Below are positions 37,209 to 52,900 of a DNA stretch of 64,000 nucleotides, piece after piece (within the stretch, counting starts at the first letter, position 1; each line of letters opens with the position of its first letter). The notes under the pieces are model-generated. The model saw only the letters and a list, made by a program, of their open reading frames with translations, searched no databases and was not told the DNA's origin. This stretch comes from the human T2T-CHM13v2.0 reference genome, Homo sapiens. Both the position numbers and the translations under genes were made by a program. The stretch is from assembly GCF_009914755.1 (NCBI RefSeq), contig NC_060946.1; one strand, given 5' to 3'.

Positions 37209-38162
37209 ATATTTATATATATATATTTAATTATAGATAATATAATATAAAATATATATAATATATATATTATAGATATTTCCTTTTACATCCTGCATCC
37301 TGATATTATATATATTATATATAATATAATATAAAATATATAATTATATATATTGTATAATTATATATAATTATATAATATATAATATATACTATATACA
37401 TTATATATTATATAATATATAATACATATAGTTTATATTATATATAATATATAATATATATAATATGTAGTATATAATATATACTACATATTATATATAA
37501 TATATAGTTTATATTATATATAATATATAGTATATAATATATATGATATATAATATATCATATTATAAGTACATTATATTATTAAATATTATATTAAACA
37601 TATAATATATATATTATATAGAATAATATAATATATAATATATAATAATATTAAATTAAATAATTATTATAATATATATTATAATATATAATACAATATA
37701 ATATATAATTACATATCTTATATAATATGTAATATATATATTTTATATATGTCATATATATTACATATCATATATTATATATTCTATATCATACACAATA
37801 TATAATATATATCATATATGTAATTTATATCATATATAATATATATCATATATATTACATATGAAATATATTATATATAATATATTGTATATCACATATT
37901 ATATATCATATATATAATATAATGACATATTATATGTAATATATATTATATATTATCATATATATTATATATAATATATAATATATATAACATTTTATAT
38001 ACAATAAATTATATATTTCATATAATATATATTCTATGTCATATATATTATATATAATATATGTAAATGACATAGAATATATATTATATATATCATATAT
38101 TAGGACATATTATATATGATATATATTATATATTACATATGTCATTTATTATATATATATAA

Positions 38163-39020
<858 letters not shown>

Positions 39021-39097
39021 ATATAGCCAATAGGGAGAGTTTCAAATTGAGGAAAGGCACAACTGATATGTTGAGAATAAACAGAGATTCCATTCTG

Positions 39098-40287
39098 TTT
39101 TTTCTTTTTCAACTTTTATGTTAGATTCAGGGTCTACATGTGCAGGTTTATTACCTGGGTGTATTGTGTGGTGCTGAGGTTTGGGGTGTGAATGATCCCA
39201 ACACCCAGGTACTGAACATGGTATTCAGCAGTTTTTCAACCTTTTCCTTCCTCCCTCCCCCTCCTAGCAGTCCCTAGTGTCTATTTTCACCATCTTCATA
39301 TCCATGGGTACTCAGAATTTAGCTCCTACTTATAGGAACATGAGGCGTTTGTTTTCTGTTACTACATTAGTTCACTTCCTGGATTCCAGCTGTAGCCATT
39401 TTCCCTCAAAGAATATAATTTCATTCTTTTTTGTGGCTGCATAGTATTCCATGGTCTATATGTACCACATTTTTATCCAGTCCACTGTTGATAGTCCACT
39501 GTTGATGGGCACCTAGGTTGATCCCATGTCTTTGCTAATGTGAATAGTGTTGCAATAAACATACAAGTGCATATGTCTTTTTGGTGGAATGATTTGTTTT
39601 CTTTTGGATACATATTCGGTAATGAGGCTGCTGGGTTGAATGTTAGTTCGGTTTTATGTTCTTTGAGAAATCTCCAAATTGCTTTCCACAGTGGCTGAAC
39701 TAAATTACATTCCCACCAAAGGTGTATAAGCATTCCCTTTTCTCCTTATCCTCGCCAGTATCTGCTATTTTTTTTTTTTTTACTTTTTAAAAATAGCCAT
39801 TCTGACTGGTGTGAGATAATATCTCATTGTGGTTTTGATTTGCATTTCCCTCGTGATTAGTGATGATGAGCATTTTTTTCATGTTTGTTGGCTGCATGTA
39901 TGTCTCCTTCTGAGAAGTGTCTATGTCTTTTGCCCCTTTTTAAATGGGGTTGTGTTTTGCTTGTTGAATTATGTTCCTTATAGATTCTAAATATTAGACC
40001 TTTGTTGGATGCATAGTTTGTGAATAATTTCCCCCATTCTGTAGGTTGTTTACTCTGCTGATGGTTTCCTTTGCTGTGTGGCAGCTCTTTAGTTTAATTA
40101 GGTCCCATTTGTCAACTTTTGCTTTTGTTGCAATTTCTTTTGAAGTCTTAGTCATGAATTATTTCCCATAGCCCATATCCAGAATGGTACTTTTGAAGTT
40201 TTTCTTCCAGGTTTATTTTAGTTTGAGGTCTTAAATTTAAATCTTTAATCCAACCTGAGTTAATTTTTGTATATGGTGAAAAGGTGA
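39098..40287 (-). mobile_element. Old primate L1 3' end (L1PA13-16/L1PB-like), 5'-truncated
   Basis: Antisense 3' UTR ttagattcagggtctacatgtgcaggttt...tgctgaggtttgg. The ORF at 39473-39733(-) resembles the L1 ORF2 C-terminus (HLWWECNLVQPLWK...CTCMFIATLFTLAKTW). Subfamily is uncertain. Confidence 0.88.
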
Positions 40288-40291
40288 CCAG

Positions 40292-40605
40292 TTTTTTGTT
40301 TTTTTGTTTTTGTTTTTTTGTTTTTTGAGAGGTAGTCTTCCTTTGTCACGAGGCTGTAGTGAAGTGGTGCCATCTCAGCTCACAGCAACCTCCACCTGCC
40401 GGGTTCAAGCGATTCTCCTGCCTCAGCTTCCTGAGTCACTGGGATTACAGGCACGTGCTACCACACCCAGCTATTTTTTGTATTTTTAGTAGAGACAGGG
40501 TTTCACCATGTTGGCCTGGCTGGACTCGATCTTCTGACCTTGTGATCCTCCCACATTGGCCTCCCAAAGTGCTGGGATCACAGTCATGAGCCACTGTGCC
40601 TGGCC
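40292..40605 (-). mobile_element. Alu (AluS-like), antisense
   Basis: T-rich tail, gggttcaagcgattctcctgcctcagc, tttttagtagagacagggtttcacc, ends ccactgtgcctggcc. Confidence 0.92.
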
Positions 40606-42294
40606 AATAAGGTGCATTATTAACATCAATAAAGCTCAGGAACCAGCTTTCACCATATTTTTGTTTAATTTACAGTTTTTCTCAGAGTCTTTGGAATAGA
40701 TTCCTCCCTCCATGAGCCAGAGAACTTACAATGTTCACTGCAGTGTCTTTAAATGTAGCAGTAGCAGCTGTGGGTTGAGAACACAAGTCTTCCACTTTTC
40801 CTTTTAGAGCCAGCCATTCATGGTGCTCTGTGTTCTTATTCAGCATTGGGTAGGGGCATCTGGGTGCTGGGCATAGCACCAGTGCCCCATGGAGGAGGGA
40901 GGCAGGAAGCCCCTTTCTTCCTTCTCTAAAACCTTTTTTCTTTATGTAGATCCAAGTTTTTAGCCTATATCATTTTCTTCTCTCTGGATAACTTCTTTTA
41001 ACATTTTGACAGATCTACTGACAGCAAATTTGTGTTTCTCTGAGAAAGTCTTTATTTTTCTTCACTTTGGAAAGATAATTTTGCAGGATACAGAATTTTA
41101 GTTTGGTGGAATTTTCTTGCTTGCTTGCCTGGGTTCTGAAGAAAAGTTTGATGCAATTTTTATTCTTATTCTAACAGGTGTTAGGCCCTGCTAAAGCCCA
41201 AGGTGGTTAGACTCTTGTGAAATGGTTTCCCTGGGGCAGGCTTTTGCTAAGGAGAACGGAACACCCAGGGCATATTTCAAAGTAGTTACTTTTCCCCTTC
41301 CCTGTGGGAAGCAGGAGGGAATTTTTCTCTGATGTGCATAAGAGCGTCTGGCAGAGCTCTTGGAGGTTCATGAAAGTGTAGGGCCCCCTAAGACTGGGCT
41401 CCCTTAATTCTTAATTCTCAAGTTTATGTGCATGGAGCCTCCAGCGATTTGTTGTTTACATGTAAGTCTTCCCACCGTGGTTCTGGCTCCAGTGGCCAGC
41501 CTCCGATCCTGTTAGGCTGGGACTCACTGCCTCTCCAATTTGGGGGATAACGGTTTTCCCTGTTAACCTCAAGTCTCTGATGGATCTAAGAAAAGTTGTA
41601 ATTTTCAGTTTGTTCAATGTGTTTTTTGTTGTCGTTGTGAGGACAGGAGTGACAGCTTCCAAGCTGGAAAACAGAAGTCACATTTGGGTTTTGTTTCAAG
41701 ATATTTTTCCAATGACAGAGAATGATGCCACACACATTTCCATAGATGTCTTTTGATGCAGATGTGCATGCGTTTCTGTTATCCTAAGAGTGAAATACCT
41801 GAGTCCTAAATGTGCTCCTTTCTAGAACCTTTATTCAATGCCAAACACAGTATCCCCTCCAGCAGTGATGAGAGTTCTTGTTGCTCCAGATTCTCTCCAA
41901 CACTTGGTGTTCTATCTTTTACATTTTAGCCGTTTTGGAGGATATGTTATCCTGTTGTGATGTTAATTTGCATTTACATGAATACTAAGAAAGCTGAACA
42001 CATTCAAGTTTTGCTTTAATCAATTACACGTTTAAGTGTTTTACCCATTGTTCTTTCTCTTAGTGATTTTTAAGAGCTCTTTACATATTGTTGATGTGAG
42101 CCCTCTGTCAGTTCTATGTGTTCATAGATCTGTTTCCACTCTGCAACTTGTCTTGTCACTTTCTTAGTGGTGTCTCTTAATAAACAGAAATTCTTAATTT
42201 GAATATAGTCTAATTTATCAACTTATTCCCTTAAAACTATGGCTCATTGTGATCTATTTAAGAAATCTGTCCCCATTCATGGTCATAAAAATCG

Positions 42295-42606
<312 letters not shown>

Positions 42607-43266
42607 CTAGGATTTCTAATTTGAAGACAGAAGCAATAAACAAAATGAGAAACCAAAATACATTCGTTTTGATTAAAGCTGAGGTCAGCCATAACTCTGA
42701 ACCTAAAAAGGAGGTCACCTGAAGCAGCTGTGAGTGAGCAGGGTAAGATAGGAAGCAGAGAACCGATGCTCATTGCCAGATCTTAGGAAAAAAATAATAA
42801 ATTAGGATGACATACTTTTGCAAAATTAAAGAAATCCCCTGAGGTGCTAATACAAAATTTCATTTGTGATAGGACTAATAAAGAAATTCAGCTAGTAGTG
42901 GGATCTGTCGTGGACTGAGTTTGATTCCAAGAACAGAAGAAGCAGGACCAGTGAGAAATAGCACAGACATATTTGCAAAAGCAGCCCTCCCACGTTAGGA
43001 AGAAGGGATACTTTTGCACAGTGAACAGCACTACAACTGCTCATCTCTTTCATGTACTATCACACATGGAATGACTGAGATACTCCTGTGTTCCACACAT
43101 AGTCCTCCCTGCCCCTACTGAATAGAGAAACCCAATTTCACCTTGGCTATCTCTAGATCAATTACCTGTTAATAGGTCTGCTGTTTTCTTTACCGTTAGT
43201 TTCAAGAAGAACTAAATATCCCCAAATGGTATTTCAGCTTCCACTTAATGAAACCTGTCATCTTAA

Positions 43267-44322
<1,056 letters not shown>

Positions 44323-44479
44323 GAAGTTAGTTTCCTCCCTGGGGAATCAATATCTCTAAATGAGGAAAACCCAAAGTTTCACAAAAGGGAAGAAAAAGTC
44401 TGCAAGTGCAAATTAGGCATAATAGTGCAGGGAGCCCCCTCCCCTTGACTTTCAGATTCATGTGTTTTTGTTGTAAGAT

Positions 44480-45170
44480 AAATAACACTACACGGTGGTC
44501 ACTGACTCTAAGTTTATACCACACACTGTAGGACAACATCCCAACCTCACTATGTGTTGTTTACCAGCTGGGAGCATTAATTGAGTTACATGATTCCATT
44601 CCATCATGTCAGATTCTTCTAGGTGATAGGGATTATGTTGTAAATCCAATGAATTGCACAAACATGAGCCTAATACCATATTTCTTTTTGCAGTGAAATG
44701 AATTCCTTAGTCAAAAACAATGTTGTATGGGATATCATGATGGTGAATAACAAATTATTTAAGTTCACTCATGGTAGTACCAGCAGAAAAATTGCAAATG
44801 TAAAAGGTGAGTTTGTACCCAGAATAAGTGTCTATTTCGGTGAGAACAAAATCCCTGAGGGATGGGTTTCAATGTCATCAATCTGCAAGTTGACTGGGTA
44901 GCCCCTGAGGGAAGGCTGTCATATTAGCCTTAGTTGTTCTACATTGGTCCAGATACTATTTGATTATGTAAAGTCGTGAATACCTTCTATCCTTAATATT
45001 ATGTGCATCTGTTCATGAGCCCATTGAACAAGTATCAGCTGACTAACATCTATTATATAACATGTCATTGTATGCATACGATTACTCCTCTTCAGTGGAT
45101 TCCCTCTAATAAGAATTTACTTGGGCTACAAGTATTTTCATACTTCGTGTCTATTTTAAGAAGTCATCTT
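44480..45170. mobile_element. Possible highly degraded ERVL/MaLR internal fragment
   Basis: Only a loose resemblance to ERVL-class internal sequence; no LTR or ORF identified. Confidence 0.3.
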
Positions 45171-45171
45171 C

Positions 45172-45472
45172 GGCTGGGCTTGGTGGCTCACACCTGTAAT
45201 CCCAGCACTTTGGAAGGCCAAGGTGGGCGGATCAGGAGGTCAGGAGATCAAGAACATCGTGGCTAATACAGTGAAATCCAGTCTCACCTAAAAATACAAA
45301 AAAATTAGCTGGGCCTGGTGGTGGGCACCTGTAGTCCCAGCTACTCAGGAGGCTGAGGCAGGAGAATGGCGTGAACCCAGAAGGTAGAGCTTGCGAGCTT
45401 GCAGTGAGCTGAGATCGCGCCACTGCACTCCAGCCTGGGTGACAGAGTGAGACTCTGTCTTGAAAAAAAAAA
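45172..45472 (+). mobile_element. AluY-like element, sense
   Basis: ggctgggcttggtggctcacacctg...ggagaatggcgtgaaccc...gcagtgagctgagatcgcgccactgcactccagcc, followed by an A tail. Confidence 0.93.
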
Positions 45473-45885
45473 TCCAACTATTCAAAAGTAAAGAAAAAAA
45501 TATGTCAATCCACCATGTGTCCACTGCACACCATCACAAATTTTAAACCATGCATGAGCTCACATTTTGAATAGAACGATCTTGGGGACAGGGGACACTA
45601 AAAGCCCCAAATATGGTCCTGTGTGGCATAATGGTTTTTTGGTAAATGCTACACTGCATACAATGGTGGTCGCTTAAGATAACAGAGCTGAAAAATTCTT
45701 ACCATCTAGTAACACTGTGGCCATGATGACATCATAGCACAACGCATTACTCATGTGTTTGCAGTGAGGCTGGTATAAGCAAACCCACTACATTTGTCAG
45801 TGGCATTAAAGGTTAGCACATCTAATTATGTACCATATGTCATACTTGGTAATGATAATAAATGACCATGTGACTAGTTTATGTA

Positions 45886-46298
45886 CAGTTGCTCCTTGAA
45901 CAGCATGGATTTGAAATGCACAAGTTCACTTATATGCAAATTTCCTTCTGTTTCTCCCACCCCTGAGACAACAGGATCAACTTCTCCTCTTCTCTTCCTC
46001 AGGCTGCTCAACATGAATATGCAGACGAAGACCTTTATGATGATCCACTTTCACTTAATGAATAGTAAACATATTTTCTCCTCCTTATGATTTTCTTAAT
46101 AGAATTTTCTTTTCTCTTTCTTTAAGAATACAGTATATAATTAACAAATTATGCATTAATTGTTTATTTGATCAGCAAAGCTTGCAGTTAAGAATAGGCT
46201 ATTAGTAGTTAAGTTTGGGGATAGCCCAGAGTTATATATGGATTTTCAACTGCACAGGAGCTGGTCCCCTAACCCTTGCACTGTTCAAGGATCAACAG
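45886..46298 (+). mobile_element. Tigger2a/MER8-family non-autonomous element nested in Tigger3
   Basis: Terminal inverted repeats cagttgctccttgaacag ... ctgttcaaggatcaacag, flanked by TA on both sides. Confidence 0.85.
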
Positions 46299-46953
46299 TA
46301 TTTACAATACTATACATTTTATTCATATTTTAGAGTGTAGTACTTCTACTCATGAAAAATAATTAACTATAAAACAGCGTCGGGAAGGTCTTTCAGGAGT
46401 TCTTCCAGAAGAAAGCCTTGTTATCATAGAAGATGACAGCAGCATATATGTTATTGCCCTTGAAGACCCTGAAGACCTTTCACTGGGACAAGATTTGGAG
46501 ATGGAAGACAGTGATATTGATTATCCTGACCTTTACAGGGCTAAGCTAGTGTGTGTGTTTGTATCTTAGTTTTTAACAAAAAAGTTTAAAACATAAAAAA
46601 TAAAAATAAATAAAGCTTATCGAATAAGGATATAAAGTATTTCTGTACAGCTGTTCAATGTGTTTTTGTTTTAAGATGTGTTATTATAAGAATCAAAAAG
46701 TTAAAAAAATTAAAAGTTTATAAAGTTACGATAAGCTAAGATGAACTTGTTAAAGAAAGAAAAATTTCAAATACATTTAGTGTAGCCTAAGTGTACAGTG
46801 CATATAAAGTCTATAGTTATGTACAGTAATATCCTAGGCCTTTGCATTCACTCACCAAGTACTCACTGACTCATCAGAGCAACTGCCAGTCCTGCAACCT
46901 CTGTTCATGCTAGGTGTCCTATACTGGTGTACCACTCTCTTTAACTTTTGTAA

Positions 46954-47232
<279 letters not shown>

Positions 47233-47298
47233 TGTACTATGTTTTTACTGTATCTTTTCCATGTTTAGATATTACTATTGTGATATAACTGCCTACAG

Positions 47299-47934
<636 letters not shown>

Positions 47935-49267
47935 GCCTACTGTATTCAGCACAGTGACGTGCTGCACAGGTGTGTAGCCCAGGAGCAATAGGCTGTACGA
48001 TATAGCCTAGGTATGTAGTAGGCTACACTGTCTAGGTTTGTATAAACTACATTCTATGGTGTCTGCACAGCCACAAAATCACGTAATGATGCATTTCTTG
48101 GAATATATTACCATTAAATGAGATTTACCTGTATTAGTGTCATCTCAGGTTTATTGTCTAGTAATTTTAAAAGTATTTGTATATTCTTTCCCAGACACAT
48201 CATCATACTCCGGTGCATATCTCTATTTTATTCCCTAGACCCATTCTTAATTTTTCTACGTTCTGCTTTGTTCCTTAGGAGGCTCACCTGAATTGGATAC
48301 TGCAGAGATCTCCCTTACCCTCATGCTTTTATTGGGGTTCAGCTAATGGAGGGGGTGGCAGAAGATAGGTGAGAGAAGAGTGTGTTTATCCCCCACCTCT
48401 GCCCCTGCAGGGTCAGCACAGGCAGACTGTGTCCCTTTGCTGAAGATCACAGCTTCTGTCTGGTGCCTTCTTGGCAAGCTGGCACTCTCTCTAGTCAGGT
48501 GACTGCTTGGTCCCTTACTACTTACACTCTTCTGTCTGGTTTCTTTGTGTCTTTCCTGCTGTGCTGTAAGTAGTCCCTTTATTAGAATCCATCCACATTA
48601 CCCAGTTATATAAAGACAAATAGTTGGTCACTGATCTAGTTCACTCCCTGAGAATCAGCCTTCATCAAAGATCCCTAGCAGTCAGATATTCTGTTGGCCG
48701 CTCCATTCCTGCTCCCCATTATTCTAGTTGTGTCTTCCTTGTCTCTAGTGCAATCACAAAGCATAAGCGCCTCCACTGTCACTTGTTCTAGGATCACATC
48801 ATTCCCCTTGAAATCAGAGAACCCACAATCTCCCCAAGCCCACAAAATTCAGCCGTCACAGTACTTTTCAAGCATGCCAGCAGCCCTCCCCAACAAACGA
48901 ATCCTTAATTTCTTAGAGAAACATCTTCTGGGGCTTCCTGTGGGACACAGTGGGGGTCGGCTTGGCATGTGGATCACACCTGATATTTTTACCCCCACCT
49001 CCTACTATTCCTATTCCTTTGTATGCACCTCTCTTTATTACGCTAGGAAAGCTCTGGCAACACAACCTCAAAATAAGCAGGCCAGTGTGGATTCACAGTT
49101 TCTGTCAGACAAACTTGAGCACCCCTTCTAACTTCTTGGGCTAAGACTTTAACTTCAGAATCTCTATGTATCCATGTTGATAAACTTAGCCTATGTCAAG
49201 ATTATATTCTGCATGCCTTAGTCAAACACCATGTAAATCTATGCCTCATATATTCTCTAGGCTTTAG

Positions 49268-49647
<380 letters not shown>

Positions 49648-49959
49648 GACTCCATTGCACTCTTACAGACCATGTTGACAAAATTATAACTGCAACAGTC
49701 AACTACAATAGCAATTTTACCTCTCATATACCACTTGAAAAAACACATCATTCCCAATAACCACATTTGATGATTTAAGTAATCACGATACCACCGTACA
49801 CTACAGATGATCAGGTTTCTGTCTCCTCCTGACAAGAAGGTCAGGAATTCATTCCGACTAAAACGGGTCAGCAAACCAGTTCCAGGTTCTCATCTGTAAA
49901 GATCTACTTCTAGAGGTGTCCACCTGGAGCCTGGTGAACATTGGACATCAAACACCAGG

Positions 49960-52900
49960 TTGACACTATTTCTTCATCTTCAACAAAAACCACACAAACA
50001 AGCTTTGGAGAAAGAACTCCCTCCTCTCAATAGATGGTGCTGGGATAAAACGGCTAGCCAGTTGCAGAAGAAAAACAGTGGGCCCCTGTGTCTCACCATG
50101 TACAGAAATTAACGCAAGATGAATGAAAGCTGTAAATGCAAGACCTCAAACTATTAAAAGCCTGCAAGGGAACCTAGGAAACACACTTCCTGACAGAGGA
50201 TTTGGCACAGCATGGATATGCCTAAGTCCCCAAAAGCAAGTGCAACTAAAACAATTATTGACAAGTGGGACCTAATATATAAAAGAGCTGCTGAACAGCA
50301 GAAGAAATTACCAACAGAGTAAACAGAAAGCCTACACAATGGGAGAAAATGTCCCCACATATGCATCTCATGAAGTCTGATTTCCAGGATCTACCTCAAA
50401 AATGTTAAGCAAATAAATCAGCAAAACAAAAACTCAGTGAAGAAAGGGCAAAGGGCATGAAAACACACATCTCAAAGGAAGGTTTATAGCAACCAACGGA
50501 CAGGACATTTCTCTACCTCAGTATTCATCAGAGAAATGCAAAGCAAAAGGCCCATGAGATAGTATTTCACACTGGTCAGAATGACAATTATGACACAGTC
50601 CACAAGAATGAATGCCAGCGAGGCAGAGGAGGAGAGGATGCTGGTCTGCTGTTGGTAGAAATGCAAACTAGTTCAGACACCATGGAAAACGATGTGGGGA
50701 TTTCTCAAATAACTTTCTCGACATCACCAATCCTCACAAAAATGTCCACAAAAACCACACTAAGAGTCCATCTCATTCCACTCAGAATGAATACTACCAA
50801 AGACAAACAAAACACAAATTTTTAAAGGTGACAGCCAGTGTAGACTTACAGAAGAGAAACCTCTTAAATGCTATTGGTGGGGATGTAAATTAGTATACAC
50901 ACTATGAAAAACAGCTAGAGGTTCCTGAAAAAATTCACAGTACAACTACCATGTCAGCTAGAAGCCCCATCACTGGTTCCACAATTAAAGCACTTGAAAT
51001 CCCTAGGTTGAAGAGAGTTACCTGCCTTCCCATGGGTACTAAAGCACCCCTAACTGTGGCCAAGGTACAAAACCAACCTACCTGTCCGTACACAGCTTCA
51101 GGGATGAAGAAACTGCCATACAGATACACCACGGAATATGTTTCAGCCATAAAGCTTTGGGAAATCCTGCCATCTGCAGCCACATGAAGAAACCTGGAGA
51201 ACATCAGGTCCAACAAATGAGCCTGGCAGAGAAAGTCCCATGCCACGTGATCTCAGACATGTAGACTGAAAAAAGCTTTATCTCCTAGAAGTAGAAAGTT
51301 CAATAGGGATTACCAGAGGCTGCTGGGGAGGTGGAGAGGGTCGGGGAAGGAATCAGTAATGGGTACAAAGTTACTCTTAGATGACAGTAATCAATTCTGG
51401 TCTTCTATTCTACAGCAGGGTGACTAGCCTTAATACAAATGTATCATATATTTCAAAGTAGCTAGAAGGAAAGATTCTGAATGTTGTTATCACTCAAAAA
51501 GTAGTAACTATGAGGTGAAGAGATGCTAAATAACTTGATTTTTTCATTACTCAACATATACATGTATCGAAATCTTCCTTGTACCCTCTACTTATATACA
51601 CTTAGTGTATGGCAAATAGTGTTTTAAGAAATACAAAGAAACAATGCCAAAATTTATGTGGAAATACGAAACACCCTGAATTTCTAAAGCAATCCTGAGA
51701 AATACAAACCATATGGGCTGCATCACATTCCCTGAGTTCTAATTAAACGAAAATCCCTAGTTAACCAATCCATATGTTACTGGCATACACAGAGAAACAC
51801 AGACCAGTGAGCAAAATGAGAGCGCTCAATAATAAACACAAACTTACACAGAGTGAACACATTTTTCAAAACACCACCAAAACAACACAATGGGGAAGGT
51901 TTCCAAAACTAGATATCCATATGCAAAAGAATAATACAGGACTCTTGTGGTACTAAATAATACAGGACTCTTGTGGTACCAAAAAAAACACTTTAACTCA
52001 AAAGGATTAAAGATTATTCACAAAACTTGCAACCATAAAGCTCTTATAAACACAACCTCGAGTGTGTGTATATTTAGGGAAGCTTGGATGTATGCTCACG
52101 GTTTGCAAAAAGTGTGGTACTAAATAATACAAATAGTGTGTACTAAATAATAAAAAATATTTTTATTTTGTATTATTTTGTATTTATACTAAATAATACA
52201 AAATATATTTAGTGTACTAAATAATACAAAAAGTGTGGCACTAAATAATACAGAAATAATTCACAAAACTTGCAACCATAAAGCTCTTATAAACACAACC
52301 TCGAGTGTGTGTATATTTAGGGAAACTTGGATGTATGCTCACAGTTTGCAAAAAGTAACAAAAATACAAGGGAAAAATCACTGACAATGGACTGCTTTGG
52401 CACTGATTTTGTTTTTTCTTGATTAGTAAACAATAGCACACTAACCAAGAAATTATACACATGTGGGACCTCATCAAACTGAAGAATTTGTGCCCAAAAA
52501 AGGAAAGAACGAACAAAATGAAAAGGCATACTAAAACTTATAAGAAAAGTTTGGGCAAACATACAGTGGATAACAGGTTACTTTTGAAAAGGCACAAGCC
52601 AGTAACACTAACAGCTGGCAAAAAAACAAAACAACAGAGAAATAACCAGACCAAAATTGGGCAAATAACCTGAGTAGATATTTGTGCAAAGAAGACAGAA
52701 AACAGATTCAACATTTATAAAAACGTGGTTAACATTACTACTCATGAGAAAAATGTAGATCAAAACCACTCTCAGATCTTATCTCACTCCAACTAGAATG
52801 AACATCACAAAAAGATTAAAATATTTAAAAAGAAAATTCCAAGTATGAATTTCCAGAAAGGGGGACTGTTTGTGGAAATGTAAATTGGTATTAACACTAT

